Of a stretch of 39,404 nt of DNA, positions 38,521-39,404 are shown piece by piece (position 1 is the first letter of the stretch; the number at the start of each line of letters is the position of its first letter). Origin of the DNA: Eubacteriales bacterium (lineage in GTDB: Bacteria > Bacillota > Clostridia > Oscillospirales > CAG-382); the NCBI GenBank assembly GCA_045649365.1, contig JAZRPU010000253.1, positions 1 through 39,404 of the forward strand. The letters run 5' to 3'. The notes below the pieces were generated by a model, which did no database searches, was not told where the DNA came from, and saw only the letters and a program-made list of their open reading frames with translations. A program made the position numbers and the translations under genes.

Positions 38521-38943
38521 TTGATTGAAAGAAATTTTATAATAAATCCACCTGCTTATTATGAAAAGGCACACGGAGAAATTCCTGAAATAAACCGAAT
38601 GCTTTTGACTTTGTCAAAGAAAATCGATTTGTTTACATATACCTTTTCAATGAGCTGCATAAGCATTTCGCCTATAATAGTTCCCGGTGAGATGAGAAAT
38701 AATGGGATTTATTCAGAAAAGGCGTTGATATGTTTGGAAAAAGGCTTGGCGAGTATTTCTTTATTTTGCGATTACGATGAATTTTATCACGGAGATTTGG
38801 AGAAGAAAAAACAAATAATAGTAGAAAACGTTTTAGCGTCTTTAAAAATAGTGAAAAACAAAACTACAGAGTATTTTGACTTTGAGAAAATAAAGGAAGA
38901 CATAATTAGGTTTTCAAATTCATCTTTTGTTTCTGTTGTTTAA
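38521..38943 (+). CDS. Hypothetical cytoplasmic protein, 140 aa, no recognisable motif
   Basis: TTG start 6 nt after a GGGAGG RBS, with its own promoter and a downstream terminator. Confidence 0.55.
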   Translation: MIERNFIINPPAYYEKAHGEIPEINRMLLTLSKKIDLFTYTFSMSCISISPIIVPGEMRNNGIYSEKALICLEKGLASISLFCDYDEFYHGDLEKKKQIIVENVLASLKIVKNKTTEYFDFEKIKEDIIRFSNSSFVSVV

Positions 38944-39027
38944 ATATGAAGGATTTTATGAAAATTTTATTTGAAGCGAATATTTTGAAATTGATTTTTA
39001 AAACGGTTTTTTAAGTTATTATAAAAT

Positions 39028-39065
39028 AAAGCAAGAAAACAGCGGAAACGCTGTTTTCTTGCTTT
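39028..39065. terminator. Bidirectional terminator between the 140-aa gene and convergent pckG
   Basis: Perfect 17-bp stem AAAGCAAGAAAACAGCG / CGCTGTTTTCTTGCTTT with a GAAA loop. Confidence 0.85.
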
Positions 39066-39079
39066 ATTGGTTTAATTGA

Positions 39080-39404
39080 TTATTTGTTCAAGCGAGCAAC
39101 TTCGTCTTCGAGTTGTTTGTAAAGCTCTGCGGGAATAGTTCCGTCAAATTGAGCGTAGAATTTTTCAACGTCTTTGAAGTCTTCTTTCCAGCAATCTTTT
39201 TCAACGGTAAGAATCTTTTTGAGTTCTTCGATGTCGAATTTTCTGCCAGGTTCGATTTCATAATCAAGTCCTTCAAGGTTGATATCTTCTGCTTTGGGAA
39301 TATAACCGATTTCTGTTGAAACTGCATCAACAGAGCCTTCGCATCTCTTGAGAATCCATTCGAGAACACGGAAGTTATCACCAAATCCGGGCCACATAAA
39401 TTTG
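39080..39404 (-). CDS. pckG: Phosphoenolpyruvate carboxykinase (GTP), C-terminal part (5' end lies beyond the window)
   Basis: MWPGFGDNFRVLEWILKRCEG...IGYIPKAEDINLEGL matches the conserved C-terminus of GTP-dependent PEPCK. Confidence 0.88.
   Translation of the reverse strand, partial: KFMWPGFGDNFRVLEWILKRCEGSVDAVSTEIGYIPKAEDINLEGLDYEIEPGRKFDIEELKKILTVEKDCWKEDFKDVEKFYAQFDGTIPAELYKQLEDEVARLNK

Noticed and set aside
38332-38574. 81-codon N-terminal extension of the GerA-family ORF in the track
   Set aside because: The extension has an implausible Phe/Ile/Lys-rich composition. It covers the promoter (38423-38451), RBS and start of the divergent 140-aa gene. The ATG at 38331 has an AAAGGA RBS and begins the conserved GerA N-terminus.
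38946-39014. 22-codon ORF (MKDFMKILFEANILKLIFKTVF) directly after the 140-aa gene
   Set aside because: It has no Shine-Dalgarno sequence and lies in AT-rich spacer before the terminator. This is insufficient evidence for a small protein.
1-39404. Scan for CRISPR arrays, tRNA/rRNA genes, transposases, integrases, phage genes, toxin-antitoxin pairs or known defence-system genes
   Set aside because: None was seen. All intergenic regions are under 320 nt and are explained by promoters, terminators and leaders. The only repeats are the intragenic module and linker repeats in 20.9-25.2 kb.

Overview
This is a 39.4-kb chromosomal segment from a low-GC, endospore-forming Firmicute. It looks Clostridia-like: it carries spoVT, spoIVA, a ylmC/ymxH-type gene and a GerA-family gene, and has AT-rich codon usage, AGGAGG-type ribosome-binding sites, many near-consensus TTGACA-17-TATAAT promoters and hairpin plus T-run terminators. 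I support 37 protein-coding regions, two of them cut by the window edges. Most are housekeeping: RNase J, an SDR, proA, a YiiX-like permuted papain-fold protein, a GH3 NagZ-type enzyme, two lipoproteins (one NlpC/P60), a glycerophosphodiesterase, a split CHR transporter pair, citrate synthase, a VanY-type M15 peptidase, an ApgM-type phosphomutase, a class-A beta-lactamase-fold protein, Tex, OGG-type glycosylase, a PfkB kinase, a SIS protein, an IDH-family dehydrogenase, tsaD, rimI, dCMP deaminase, galU, hom and the 3' end of GTP-PEPCK. I saw no rRNA, tRNA, CRISPR array, transposase or integrase, and no recognisable defence gene. The only accessory-looking block is 20.9-27.5 kb. It holds three consecutive minus-strand genes for secreted proteins that all end in an X-module plus dockerin. 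Two of them also carry a cohesin-like module, present three times at up to about 90 percent nucleotide identity. Their other modules are BspA-type LRR, discoidin-like, ricin-like and transglutaminase-like, and none is a glycoside hydrolase. This is my best candidate for an undescribed system: a non-enzymatic, self-assembling cohesin-dockerin surface complex. Smaller items include a sigma-A promoter nested in an RBS-sequestering terminator, a duplicated CxxC...CxxH protein at the end of a 7-gene galU-tsaD-icd unit, an orphan GerA-family gene and a possible non-orthologous homoserine kinase. I re-assigned several ORF-track start codons from RBS and promoter positions. All calls rest on motif recognition by eye; no database search or folding computation was run.
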